DNA of 64,000 nt from Candidatus Latescibacterota bacterium. GTDB lineage: Bacteria; Latescibacterota; UBA2968; UBA8231. The stretch covers positions 1,600,001 to 1,664,000 of the forward strand of contig CBDCSU010000006.1 of the NCBI GenBank assembly GCA_965221775.1. The letters are read 5' to 3'. Below the pieces are notes generated by a model that saw nothing but the letters and a program-made list of their open reading frames with translations, did no database searches and had not been told where the DNA came from. This document shows, piece by piece, positions 48,602 to 59,029 of the stretch (position 1 is the stretch's first letter; the number at the start of each line of letters is the position of its first letter). The position numbers were made by a program, and so were the translations under genes.

Positions 48602-50567
48602 ATGACGCGCCTCGGCTTTCGCTGGGTAGTCCTCTACTTCCTCTCCATCCTCCTGCCGGCCTCCCTGCTGGCCTTCCTGAGCGTGCGTTCCCTGAGCGAT
48701 GTCCGGGAGAGTGTGCTGCGGGAGTTGCGCTCCAAGGCCGGGCTGGCGCAGGACGCCTTCGACCGCGTCATGCAGAGCCGCGCCCAGCTCCTGGCCGCCT
48801 ATGTGGAGGAAGGCGGCATGGACCCGCGCCGGTACGCGGGCTTTTCCGAGATCGCCCAGATCTTCGTCGTCGATGCCGCCGGCGTGCTGCGTCACCCATC
48901 GGTCCGGCCTCTGAGCCTGCAGGAGCCCCGGGCGGCCTTCGCGGCACAGATGGAGAAAGCCGGAGAACGCGAGTTCGGCCGCCGGGACCTGGCCGGCGCC
49001 GCAAGGCTCTACGACCAGGCCTGGAAGGAGGCCCTCAGTCCCGCGGAGGAGGCCGAAGCCCTCAACGCCCTCTCCCGCTGCGCTCTCGAAGGGAAGGACG
49101 AGGTCACGGCCGAGGAGGCGCACCGAAGGCTGGTGGCCCTCCACGGCCAGGTCTTCGACGCCGACGGGGCCCATCCCGTCACCCTGAGCCATCTGCGCCT
49201 GGGCCGCCATGCCGCGCCGCCGCGGGCCCAGGCGAGTCTGATGGCCTGGACAGGGGCCCTGCTCCAGGGCCGCTATCCCCTCTACGCCGGCTGCGGGCAG
49301 GCCCTGCAGGAGGTCCGCGCCCTGGCCGAGGGCCGGCTGGCGGAGATGGAGGACCGGCCCGTCCTGCTGGAGAGGTTGAGCCTGATCGAGGAAGCCCTGG
49401 ACTTCGCGCAGCACTTCGGCCCCCTGTTGGAGGCCCGGTGGGACACGGCCCGGGAGCGGGGCTACCTGTCCGGAGCGGGCGACGACGGGGAGAGTTTCCT
49501 CATGCTCCTGGATGCGGTCGAAGGAGGCGGCGCGGCGGGCATCCTCTTCGACTGGGAGGCGCTCACCGGCCTGGTGCGGGAGCAGGTGGCGGGCCTGGAG
49601 GACCGGGGGTATGCCCTCGCTCTCTTCGACGCCGACGCGGAACCCGCCTTTGCGGCCCTCCATCGGGAGACGATCCACGAGACCGGACCGGCCAGCCGCT
49701 GGATGGACCGGGTGCGGGTCGGCATCTGGGCGCCCGACACCACCGCGGCCACCGGCTACTATCACACGCGCAACTGGCTGGTGGGGGGCGGCATCTTCGC
49801 CCTGGCCGTATCCGTGGTCCTGGGAGGGCTCCTTATCCTGCGGGACGCGGGACGAGAGGTGCAGGTGGCCCGCCTGCGGTCGGAGTTCGTCGCCAATGTG
49901 TCGCACGAGCTGCGCACCCCGCTCACCACGATCCGCATGTACGCCGAGACCCTGCTCCTGGGCCGCCACCGGTCGGACCAGCAAATGCGGGACTACCTGA
50001 CCACCCTCCTGCACGAGAGCCGGCGCCTCTCCCGCCTGGTGGACAATGTCCTCGACTTCGCCCGCATCGAGCGCGGCGACCGGACCTACCAGCGCCGGCC
50101 CTGCGACCTGGGGGAGGCGGCCCGGGCGGCCCTGGAGACATTCGGCGGCGTCTTCGCGACGGAAGGCTTCGAGGTGGAGGAGGCGATCGCCGGGCCGCTG
50201 CCCCCGGTACTGGCCGATCAGGAGGCGGTGGAAGGCGCGGTGGCCAACATCCTGGGCAACGCCGTCAAGTACTCGCCCGGGACGAAGGCCGTCCGCGTGG
50301 CCGTGGAACAGCGCGAAGCCGAGGTGATGGTGGAGGTGGCCGACCGCGGCATCGGCCTCCCCGCGGGCGAGGAGAAGCGCATCTTCGAGCAGTTCCACCG
50401 GGGGGCCAACGCGGCCAGCACGGCGGGGACAGGCCTGGGCTTGTCCCTGGTCCGGAACGTGGTCGAAGCACACGGAGGCCGGGTGGAGGCAGCCCAGCCG
50501 GCCGGGCGGAGGCAGCGTCTTCCGCCTCTACTTCCCGCTCCATGAGGGGGACACGGACCATGCCTAG
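48602..50567 (+). CDS. Membrane sensor histidine kinase (1-bp frameshift near 50494)
   Basis: Two TM helices; SHELRTPL, NAVKYS, DRGIG, GTGLGL. The typical end SRPGGGSVFRLYFP is in the adjacent frame. Confidence 0.9.
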
Positions 50568-51241
50568 GATCTCTGGTCGTCGAGGACGAGGCGGCCATCG
50601 CCCGGGTGCTGGTCGACAACCTGATCTACGAAGGCCACGAGGCCGAGGCGGTCGCCGACGGCGCCGAGGGGCTGGAGCGGGCCCTGGCCTGCAAGCCGGA
50701 CCTGATTCTCCTCGACGTGGTCCTGCCCACCATGGATGGATACGAGGTCTGCCGCCGCCTGCGCGCCCGGGGATCGGCGACGCCCATCATCATGCTCACG
50801 GCCCGCGGCGAGGAGGTGGACAAAGTCCTGGGCCTGGAGCTGGGAGCCGACGACTACGTCACCAAGCCGGTGGGGGTCCGAGAGTTGATGGCCCGCATCA
50901 AGGCGGTGCTGCGACGGGGCGAGCCGGAGGCCGCGGCCGGGGCGGTGCTGGAGTTCGGCCCGGCGCGGGTCGACTTCGACCGCCACGAGGCGACCATGGA
51001 GGGCGGCACTGTGCACCTGTCCCCCAAGGCCTTCGGGGTGCTCCGCCTTCTGTGGGAGAGCGGGGGCCGCACCCTGACGAGGGCGCAGATCCTCCAGCAG
51101 GTATGGGGGTACGTGGTCTACCCCACCACGCGAACGGTGGACAACCACATCGCCGAACTGCGGAGCCGCCTGGAGCCCGACCCGTCGCGCCCGCGCCACC
51201 TGCTCACGGTACACGGGGTGGGGTACCGCTTCGTGGAGTGA
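50560..51241 (+). CDS. OmpR-family response regulator (1-bp frameshift near 50571)
   Basis: MPRI/LVVEDE split across frames; LLDVVLP, GADDYVTKP, RTVDNHI, TVHGVGYRF. Confidence 0.9.
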
Positions 51242-51264
51242 TGCCTCGGCCGCCAGGCCCGGCA

Positions 51265-51302
51265 GTACAACCTTTTTGCACCTCCATGACATATCCGTGA
51301 CA
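51265..51302 (+). promoter_or_regulatory. Putative OmpR/PhoB-type binding site
   Basis: 11-bp periodic repeats gtaca, ttgca, TGACA, TGACA between the regulator and the next gene. Confidence 0.45.
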
Positions 51303-51380
51303 ACCCGGATCGCCCCGGTCCGCAGGTTTGCGGGTGAGCCTGACGACGCGCATCCGCCCACCCGAACCGGGAGGTCCACC

Positions 51381-53030
51381 ATGAGACGTCTCTTGCCGAT
51401 TCTCCTCGGCCTGCTCTTGACCGCCGACTGCGTGCCGGCCGGTACCGCGCAGGAGCACTATCAGGCGGCCCTCATGCAGGAGAAGGGCAAGGGCGATCTC
51501 GAGAAAGCCATCCTCCTGTACGAGGACGCGATCGGGTCCCATGAGGAGGGTGAGGAGGGCACCGACAGCCTGGCGGCCCGGGCGAAGCTGCGCATCTGGC
51601 TTTGCCAGCAGAAGCTGGGCCTGGCCCGGGCGCGCCGGACCTACGAGGCCGTGATCGAAGAGTACCGGGAGGAGCCGCAGGCAAAGATCGAAGTGGCGCG
51701 CAACCTGAGATCCACTCGGCGCCGGCAGGTCGTCGACTCCCTAGCCCTTCCCAAGAAGCTCAAGGATCTCCTGGGGCAGGCAGCGACAGATTCTCTCCTC
51801 CAGGAGATCCAGCAACTTCAGATCGAAGCCCGGCAGCATCCGGAAGGGGTCAGTCCCCAGATTCGGGTCATCAGGGGTTCTCCCCGGACCTCACCCACCT
51901 CCGATCAGCGGTACCACGAGTACGCCAATACGCCCGTGGTGGTACCCTACTCCTATGAGGAGGTGGCCGAGGTGCCCTTGCACTGGAAGTTCCGCCTCGA
52001 GGTGGACGACCCGCATCCGCAACGCCAAGCCTACTCCGCCCCGGGATTCGACGATACGGACTGGTCGATCATCTCCATCGGACGGGCCTGGGAAGACCAG
52101 GGATACGCCGGTTACGACGCGGGAGCCTGGTACCGGACCACCATCACCGTGGCCGCCGACTCCGTGCGGCCGGTGCTCATGGCATTCGGCGGCGTGGACA
52201 ATGACGCCTTCGTGTATGTCAACGGCCGGCTTGCTGGCCAGCACCACTCATGGGATCTCCCGTTCATTCTCGATGTCAGCGACCATGTGGTGCGCGATGG
52301 CGAGAACGTTGTGGCCCTCTTTGTCTACGACGGGGCCAACATGGGAGGGGTGTACGGCCTGATCAACGTGCATCAGCCCACGGAAGAGGTTGATATCGGC
52401 TACTACGCTGCCAATCGGGGTGGACGCATGCACACGGTTTACAGGAGAGGTGACCGGCCGTATTTCGTACACCTCACGCGCTATGAGAAATACGCGAACC
52501 GCCCCCCGCGGGTCCCCTATCCCCACCAGATGGTGGCCGAGGTGCCCATGGAGTGGGCGTTCCGTCTCGACGTGGGGACGATGAACCCCCAGCGGCGTCG
52601 CCAGTACGCCGACCCGGACTACGACGATTCGCAGTGGACGGTTATCAGTATCGGACAGGCCTGGGAAGACCAGGGCTACCCATATGACGAGGGGGCCTGG
52701 TACCGGACCCGGTTCGTGGTGGATGCGGAGGAGGGCCGGCCCGTGCATCTGGCCTTCGGCGGGGTGGACAGAGACGCCTATGTGTACGTCAACGGCCATC
52801 TGGTCGGTCAGCACCACGTGCGGGACCGGCCGTTCATCCTCGACATCAGCAGCCAGGTGGTGCGCGACGGCGAGAATACGGTGGCGATCTACGTGTACGA
52901 CGGAGCGGACATGGGAGGTGTGTACGGCCTGATCCAGGTAGTGCAGCCCACCGGGGAAGAGAACCTCGACCGCTACCTGGTCAATCGCGGCGGCGAGGTG
53001 AAGCGGAGCTTCTGGAGCCGCTTCTTCTAG
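51381..53030 (+). CDS. Secreted protein with a TPR-like N-terminus and two tandem galactose-binding-like (GH2 N-terminal type) domains
   Basis: Signal peptide; duplicated W.FR...DD..W..I.IG.AWEDQGY..GAWYRT...FGGVD..A.VYVNG...GEN. Confidence 0.8.
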   Translation: MRRLLPILLGLLLTADCVPAGTAQEHYQAALMQEKGKGDLEKAILLYEDAIGSHEEGEEGTDSLAARAKLRIWLCQQKLGLARARRTYEAVIEEYREEPQAKIEVARNLRSTRRRQVVDSLALPKKLKDLLGQAATDSLLQEIQQLQIEARQHPEGVSPQIRVIRGSPRTSPTSDQRYHEYANTPVVVPYSYEEVAEVPLHWKFRLEVDDPHPQRQAYSAPGFDDTDWSIISIGRAWEDQGYAGYDAGAWYRTTITVAADSVRPVLMAFGGVDNDAFVYVNGRLAGQHHSWDLPFILDVSDHVVRDGENVVALFVYDGANMGGVYGLINVHQPTEEVDIGYYAANRGGRMHTVYRRGDRPYFVHLTRYEKYANRPPRVPYPHQMVAEVPMEWAFRLDVGTMNPQRRRQYADPDYDDSQWTVISIGQAWEDQGYPYDEGAWYRTRFVVDAEEGRPVHLAFGGVDRDAYVYVNGHLVGQHHVRDRPFILDISSQVVRDGENTVAIYVYDGADMGGVYGLIQVVQPTGEENLDRYLVNRGGEVKRSFWSRFF

Positions 53031-53297
53031 AGCGTCCGCCCGTTCAGTCGAAACCGCGCAAGGCCGACGCCGACTGCAGAAGGTCCGGATAGTCCTCGAC
53101 GAACTGCTCCTGGACTCCCGCGGCCGGAGCGAGGCGGATCGTGTGGAGCTCCACACCGACGTGGCGCCTCCAGTGCTTCCAGTGCCGCCGTCCCGTCATG
53201 CCATGGTCGATCGCGGTGAAGATCCGGCTCACGGACTCTTGCCCGCACGGGGGTGACCGGCGATAATGGCCCACCCCCGATCCCGATCCGAGGCCCC

Positions 53298-54170
53298 ATG
53301 GAAGACCACTCCACACTCAAGCAACTGCTCGCCCGCGACCGCATCCTGGTCGCCCCGTGCTGCTACGACATGATATCGGCGCGCCTCATCGAGCGGGCCG
53401 GCTTCGAGGCCGTCTATCTCGGCGGCTACGCTCACGTGGCGTCCCACGTCGGGCTGCCCGACGCCGGGCTGGCCACATTCTCCGAGATGCTGGAGCGGGT
53501 CCACAATCTGGTCCGCTGTGTCGGCATTCCCGTCCTCGCCGACGGCGACACCGGGTACGGGAACGCCCTGAACATGCGCCGCACCGTCCAGGAGTACGAG
53601 CAGGCCGGCGCCCAGGCGATCCAGATCGAGGACCAGGAGATGCCGAAGAAGTGCGGCCACACCCCGGGCAAGCGGCTGATCGGGGCGGAGGAGATGGCGC
53701 TGAAAGTCGAGGCGGCCGCCCATTCCCGGCGTAGCGACGACTTCCTGATCGTCGCGCGGACCGACGCCATCGCTGTCCTGGGGCTGGAGGAGGCCGTGGA
53801 GCGGGGGAAGCTCTACGAGCGGGCGGGAGCGGACGTCGTCTTTCTCGAGGCGCCGAGAACGGTGGAGGAGCTGAAGGCCGCGGCCGGATCCTTCGGCGTC
53901 CCGACGATGGCCAACCTGATCGAGGGCGGGAAGACGCCCTTCCTCTCGACGGCGGAGTTGCAGGAACTGGGGTTCAGGATCGCGGCGTATCCGCACTCCC
54001 TGATCCTCGGCTGCATCCGCTCGATCCAGAAAACGCTCAGGGCGCTCAAGGAGGATGGAACGACGCGGGCGGTGGCCGGGGAGATGTCGGATTTCGCGGA
54101 GCTGGACGAGCTGATCGGCTTTCCCGAGGCGCGGGCCTGGGAGGCGAGGTACACGCCCAAGGAGGCCTGA
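53298..54170 (+). CDS. Isocitrate lyase/PEP mutase family (PrpB-like)
   Basis: GLPDAG, ADGDTGYG, QIEDQEMPKKCGH, ARTDA. Confidence 0.92.
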   Translation: MEDHSTLKQLLARDRILVAPCCYDMISARLIERAGFEAVYLGGYAHVASHVGLPDAGLATFSEMLERVHNLVRCVGIPVLADGDTGYGNALNMRRTVQEYEQAGAQAIQIEDQEMPKKCGHTPGKRLIGAEEMALKVEAAAHSRRSDDFLIVARTDAIAVLGLEEAVERGKLYERAGADVVFLEAPRTVEELKAAAGSFGVPTMANLIEGGKTPFLSTAELQELGFRIAAYPHSLILGCIRSIQKTLRALKEDGTTRAVAGEMSDFAELDELIGFPEARAWEARYTPKEA

Positions 54171-54182
54171 TCCGCCTTCCGG

Positions 54183-54379
54183 TCGGCGCCGGCGGCTCCG
54201 GCCGCCTTCGGCGGCGCGTACGCCGGGCATCGTTGGGGGATCTATCGTGGGGGTGGTTCGAGGGGTTGGCGAGCCCCTCGCTGCGCTCGGGTCCCTGGGC
54301 CTCCGGGATGAGTAACAGTTGTTGACCCCGCCCGGCGTAGTGCGCCGCAACGGCGCGGCCTGCGCCGCCGTCACCGCCC
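54183..54379 (+). repeat. Dispersed element A, copy 6
   Basis: Conserved core and inner stem; the right arm overlaps the stop codon of the convergent gene. Confidence 0.93.
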
Positions 54380-55873
54380 TGAGGCAGAGTCGAAGCCGTA
54401 GGCGTAGAGCCGGGCCCTTCCGTAGAGCCAGAACTTCAGCCGGAAACGCTGCTCCCCCACGTCGCGGAGCCTACCCCCGCGCCAGCGCACTGCCTCGCGC
54501 CAGCCGTCGGTGCACAGGTCCCGGCAGTCCTCCCGCCGGAAGCCCTCCAGGGGCTCCAGGGTCTCGGCGTCCAGCACTTCCACCTCCACCCAGCTGCGGT
54601 TCTGGCGCACCTCTCCCACGTTGACCGTCAGCGCCGTCGAGTGGTCGATCCGCTCCACGGGAGCGGTGACCGCCCAGCCGGGCACCTCCCGGTCGGCCGA
54701 CTCGAGGCAGGTCCAACCGTCCTCCCGCAGGGTGGCCAGCCCCAGCCGCGACAGGCGGACCTGGCCGGTGCTCCCGTAGGGGTAGTGGTCGGGCGTGTTC
54801 TCGCCGGGCCAGCTGGTCCACTCCTCGCCGTTGCCGCCGTAGAAGAGGTGGATCACGCCGTCCTTGATGGCCGGCTTGTCGGCGATCACCAGCAGGCCGC
54901 TGTCCCACTCCTGGGTGCCCCCGCGCGGGATGAGCGGCTGGTGTCGGTCGACCCGCTCGAAGCGCTCGCCGTCGGCGCTGACCGCCAGGCGCACGTCGGC
55001 GTAGTAGGTGCCGTAGACGCCGTAGCCGTTCGGCACGTACCAGCCGAACTCGTAGGGCATGGCCCAGGCGCCGCCGTAGGGCGCCAGCATGACGTGATGG
55101 TTCTCGTACTCGAAGCCGTCGGCGGGGGAGAGGATCGGGTTGTGGTCCGCTTCCCGCAGGTCCTCCATGTCCGGCCCCCAGGTGAGGAACTTGGCGCGGC
55201 CCCCTTCCTTGTCCGGCTTGTCCATGGGCACCAGGGCCTGCCACACCAGCTTGAACCGCCGCGAGGGATCCGGCTCCTGGTCGTCGCGGATCAGCGCGCC
55301 GGGGTCGCCGTAGGCGAGGGAACGGTCGCGCCAGTCGGGCTGGCGCAGGCCCGGTCCCTCGGTCCAGTGGATGCCGTCCGGCGAGTAGTTCAGCCGCATG
55401 CCGCGGTTCTCGCCCGCCGCCACGGCGCCGTCGGTGCGCGGCCTCGGCCCTCGCAGGATCATCTTGTAGCGCCGGGCCGGGTCCGGCTCGGCCGGGTCCT
55501 TGATCACGGGGCCGTAGCCCATGACGACGATGTTGTTGTCGCGGGAGCCGCGGAACTCGTGCAGCCCCAGGCGCGGCTTCTCCCAGGTCACGCCGTCGGT
55601 GCTGGTGGCGTAGCCGACCGCGGTCCAGCGTTCCGGCGCGATGTCGGAGCCGGAGTACCAGGCCTTGAAGACGCGGTCCTCCTCGTCCCAGATGACCGTC
55701 GGCGACGACCACGGCCGGGCCTGGGCGGAGTCCCACTCGTGCATGTCCCCCAGGGGCAGGACCGGGTTGTTGGGGTGCTTCTCGGCCTCGCAGACGCGGC
55801 GGACGACGTGGTGGGTCTGTTCGATTCCGTTCAGAAGGAGGAAGCCGTCGCGGCTCCCGGCGGAGGTATCCAT
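54371..55873 (-). CDS. Hypothetical beta-propeller glycosidase-like protein
   Basis: KHPNNPVL, YATSTDGVTWEKP.LG, SPDGIHW, GLATLREDGW, ARLYAY. Confidence 0.65.
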   Translation of the reverse strand: MDTSAGSRDGFLLLNGIEQTHHVVRRVCEAEKHPNNPVLPLGDMHEWDSAQARPWSSPTVIWDEEDRVFKAWYSGSDIAPERWTAVGYATSTDGVTWEKPRLGLHEFRGSRDNNIVVMGYGPVIKDPAEPDPARRYKMILRGPRPRTDGAVAAGENRGMRLNYSPDGIHWTEGPGLRQPDWRDRSLAYGDPGALIRDDQEPDPSRRFKLVWQALVPMDKPDKEGGRAKFLTWGPDMEDLREADHNPILSPADGFEYENHHVMLAPYGGAWAMPYEFGWYVPNGYGVYGTYYADVRLAVSADGERFERVDRHQPLIPRGGTQEWDSGLLVIADKPAIKDGVIHLFYGGNGEEWTSWPGENTPDHYPYGSTGQVRLSRLGLATLREDGWTCLESADREVPGWAVTAPVERIDHSTALTVNVGEVRQNRSWVEVEVLDAETLEPLEGFRREDCRDLCTDGWREAVRWRGGRLRDVGEQRFRLKFWLYGRARLYAYGFDSASGR

Positions 55874-55882
55874 GGTGTCCTT

Positions 55883-57142
55883 TCAGTTGAGGAGCAGGTC
55901 GGCAACCGGGAGTGCGAGCACCCGGGAGCTGAGCGCATGGGGCTCGGAGCAGCCGCAGGCCAGAACCCCGAACGGCGCCTCCGGATAGCTGTCGAGAAAC
56001 GCTTCGAGGCCTCGGGCGTCGTCTCCCCTTGGCCGAGCGGTCGTCTTGACTTCGAGCGGCAGGGGCGTGCGGCCGGATTCCAGGACGAAGTCCACCTCCT
56101 CCCCGGCGGCGGTGCGCCAGTGGCAGAGGGAGATCCGCGGCACCTGAAGCGACGCGAAGGCCAGGAGGTGAATGCACACCCAGTTCTCCAGCCAGGCCCC
56201 CCACTCCCGGCTCTCCTGCAGCGCTTCCGCGTCGAAGATGCCGGCGAGGTGCGCGGCGAGCCCGGTGTCGGACCAGAACAGCTTCGGCGCCTTGACGAGA
56301 CGCTTGCCGCGATTGACCGAGTATGGGGGGATTCGCAGCAACTGGAAGGAGACCTCGAGGGTTCCCAGGTACCGCCGTGCCGTCGCCGCCGAGAGACCGG
56401 CGTCGCGCGAGAGGGAGGCCGCATTGGCGAGACGTCCGTTGTGGCCGGCGACGATCTGCATGAGACTGCGAAAGTCGACGAGGTTGTCCGTTGCCGACAG
56501 GTCGCGCAGGTCTCGCTCGAGATAGGTCTGCATGTAACCGTCGAACCACCGGGTCCGGAACTCCGCATCCGGGCTCAGGCTCGGAACGGGATAGCCTCCG
56601 GCCATGATCGCCTCCCGCAAAGGGCGGGAGGGCGCGGGGGCCCGCTCGAGCCCGGAGAGGACGGCCTCGAGGGACCGCTCGCCCACCAGGAGGGAGAGAT
56701 TCCTTCCGAACTCGCGGCCCTCAACCTCGGCCCAGGTCAGTCCCGGCAGCTGGAAATACACGGCGCGACCCGCAAGGCTCTCCGACACCCGGCGCATGAG
56801 AAGCAGATTGGCGGAGCCGGTGAGAAGGAATCGGCCGGCCCGGCGGTCGGCGTCTACCGCCCGCTTGACCGCGAGCAGGAGATCCGGCTCCCTCTGAACC
56901 TCGTCGATGGTGACGCGGTTGCGGCCGATGAACAAGGCGTCGGGATCCCGTTGCGCCACCTCGCGGGTCTGGAAGTCATCGAGGGTGAGGTAGACTCGTT
57001 CCCGGGAGACCTCGGGGAGGGTGGCGATTGTCGTCTTGCCCGTTTGACGCGCCCCCTGCAACACGACGACCGGGTGTTGGCCGAGGGTGTGGGCGAGGGC
57101 GGAGGTCTGATACCTCGAAACGGTCTTGTGCAAATCGATCAT
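55883..57142 (-). CDS. AAA_14 ATPase with DUF4143 domain (paralog of 12690..13919)
   Basis: GARQTGKT, IDEVQ, LLTGSA, YLERD, KAPKLFWSDTG, EVDFV...PLEVK. Confidence 0.93.
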   Translation of the reverse strand: MIDLHKTVSRYQTSALAHTLGQHPVVVLQGARQTGKTTIATLPEVSRERVYLTLDDFQTREVAQRDPDALFIGRNRVTIDEVQREPDLLLAVKRAVDADRRAGRFLLTGSANLLLMRRVSESLAGRAVYFQLPGLTWAEVEGREFGRNLSLLVGERSLEAVLSGLERAPAPSRPLREAIMAGGYPVPSLSPDAEFRTRWFDGYMQTYLERDLRDLSATDNLVDFRSLMQIVAGHNGRLANAASLSRDAGLSAATARRYLGTLEVSFQLLRIPPYSVNRGKRLVKAPKLFWSDTGLAAHLAGIFDAEALQESREWGAWLENWVCIHLLAFASLQVPRISLCHWRTAAGEEVDFVLESGRTPLPLEVKTTARPRGDDARGLEAFLDSYPEAPFGVLACGCSEPHALSSRVLALPVADLLLN

Positions 57143-57178
57143 GTCTTGATGGATAATCCGTCACGGCATGATTGTCAA
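57138..57178 (-). promoter_or_regulatory. Promoter with a palindromic operator upstream of DUF4143 ATPase 2
   Basis: Minus strand: TTGACA (57178-73), then TGACGGATTATCCATCA (57163-47), flanked symmetrically by ATCATG/CATGAT. Confidence 0.6.
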
Positions 57179-57221
57179 GCGGCCAGGGCCTGGAGTCTAT
57201 TGGCGGCAGGGGGTCCCGCGA

Positions 57222-57424
57222 GGGGGCGGCGTCGGCGGCTCCGGCCGCGCCTTCGAGGGCGCGTACGCCGGGCATGGTTGGGGGAGCTATCGCCGAGGGG
57301 TGATTCGGTGGGCTGGCGAGCCCCTCGCTGCGCTCGGGTCTCTGGGCCTCCGGGATGAGGACAGTTGTTGACCCCCCCGGCGTAATGCGCCGCTCGGCGC
57401 GGCCTGCGCCGCCGACACCTCCCT
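57222..57424 (+). repeat. Dispersed element A, copy 7
   Basis: Arms gtcggcggc/gccgccgac; conserved core. Confidence 0.95.
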
Positions 57425-57475
57425 GGGGGGACCTGACCCCGGGAGAGCAGTCACCACCCGCCTTGTGTTTGCGGG

Positions 57476-57519
57476 GTGGCGCCTGCAAGGGGACCTGAAC
57501 CGGCGCAGTCCGGCGCCAC
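57476..57519 (+). repeat. Hairpin module B following copy 7
   Basis: gtggcgcc...ccggcgccac. Confidence 0.75.
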
Positions 57520-57683
57520 GCCATGGGCCTTGCGCAGGGCCGTGGGGCGGGCGGCAACCCGACTCCAGCTCGTCGTAGAAGCCGAACTCCAGGGTTTCCC
57601 CGAGGCCGAGGCCGACCGGGGCGCGGGCCGGGATCACGTATACCGCTTGCTCGGTCCGCCGGCTCGCCAGGCCGCAGGACATA

Positions 57684-58238
57684 ATGATGAAGATCGATCA
57701 GACAAGGACGGAGCGGGAATGGATCCGGAAGATCCGGCTGGGCGATGGAGCGGCCTTCGAAAGACTGTTCCGCTTCTACTGCCAGCCCCTGGTGCGCTTC
57801 GTCCGCCGTTACGTGGGGGATACATCCATAGCGGAGGACCTGGTCCAGGATCTCTTCCTCGCCGTGTGGTCGAACAGGCCGCGTCTGGATCCCGAGATGA
57901 ACATCAGGACCTATCTGTATGCAGCGGCGAGAAACCGGGCGCTGAAACATCTGCGACACGGTGAAGTGGAACGCCGGAGCGCGGCAGATGTGGAACAGGC
58001 GCTGCCCCGCCAGAAGACCCCCGAGGAGGAACGACAGGGAAAGGAACTTGCCGACGGCGTTGCGGAGGCGATCGAGGCGCTCCCCGAGAGGACCCGGATC
58101 GTCTTTTCGATGAACCGGTTCGACCGCCTGACCTATGCCGAAATCGCCGAAATCCAGGGTGTCTCCATCAAGACGGTCGAGACCCAGATGGGGCGGGCCC
58201 TGAAATTCCTGCGCCACCGCCTCTCGCACTTTCTCTGA
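57684..58238 (+). CDS. ECF sigma-70 factor (FecI-like)
   Basis: AFERLF, AEDLVQDLF, YLYAAARNRAL, LTYAEIA...SIKTVETQMGRALK. Confidence 0.93.
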   Translation: MMKIDQTRTEREWIRKIRLGDGAAFERLFRFYCQPLVRFVRRYVGDTSIAEDLVQDLFLAVWSNRPRLDPEMNIRTYLYAAARNRALKHLRHGEVERRSAADVEQALPRQKTPEEERQGKELADGVAEAIEALPERTRIVFSMNRFDRLTYAEIAEIQGVSIKTVETQMGRALKFLRHRLSHFL

Positions 58239-58351
58239 ATTCCCACCGCCGCCTCCGGGTGGTTCCTTGTCAGGGTATTGGCCGCCTCGGGGGTTGTACG
58301 GATGATTGCTCCGCTCACATGTTGCTTCCTCTGAACCCGGAGATCCGGCTG

Positions 58352-59029
58352 ATGAAAAGGACCATCGGAACATTCACCCTGCTGTCTTGCGCCTTCATGC
58401 TGTACCCCGGCGAAGGATCCGCTGCAGACGGGGTCAACAGTGGAGGGGACGTGCTCAACGAGGCCCCCATCTGGCCGGTTCCGCCCGGGATGACCCTCGA
58501 GGAATACACCGACGCCAATCGCAGACTGGGCGTCGGCCTGGCCCTGATGTCCGTGCCCATCCCCGGGGCGCTGCACTTCTATGCCGGTGAAAGGAGAGAA
58601 GGGTGGATGCATGTCGGGGCCGCTGCACTGGGAGGCGCTTCCATTCTGCTCGGAGCAGCCATGCTCGACGGGAAAGAGAATGGCTGGAAAAAGACGGACT
58701 TTGAAACCGTCGACATAGAAGGAACAAGTGGTGAGGTAGTGAGATATGAGAAGATCCCTGTCGAGGAAGAAGGCGGAGTGTATACCTACCGGCTGAAAGA
58801 GCTCGAGCGCAAAGCCGAGGGGGCCGGAGCTGCATTGGTGGCTCTGGGAGCAGGATTGCTGGTGGGTCAGTTGTTGCACGACTTGGTCGACGGCATAAAG
58901 ACGATCGAGCGCAAGAGGGACGCAGTGAGGTACAAGTACGGCAAGGCAACGGGCTATGAGTTGAGCCTGAATCCCGATGCGGATATCGAGCAGGGCCGTC
59001 TCGGGGCGAGGCTTTCGCTGCGTTTCTGA
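58352..59029 (+). CDS. Hypothetical exported/membrane protein
   Basis: Signal peptide, PGALHFYAG, hydrophobic segments, C-terminal LSLRF. Confidence 0.7.
   Translation: MKRTIGTFTLLSCAFMLYPGEGSAADGVNSGGDVLNEAPIWPVPPGMTLEEYTDANRRLGVGLALMSVPIPGALHFYAGERREGWMHVGAAALGGASILLGAAMLDGKENGWKKTDFETVDIEGTSGEVVRYEKIPVEEEGGVYTYRLKELERKAEGAGAALVALGAGLLVGQLLHDLVDGIKTIERKRDAVRYKYGKATGYELSLNPDADIEQGRLGARLSLRF

Noticed and set aside
53044-53316. Short minus-strand ORF or gene remnant between the lectin-like gene and the PrpB-like gene
   Set aside because: No recognisable motif or convincing start signal.
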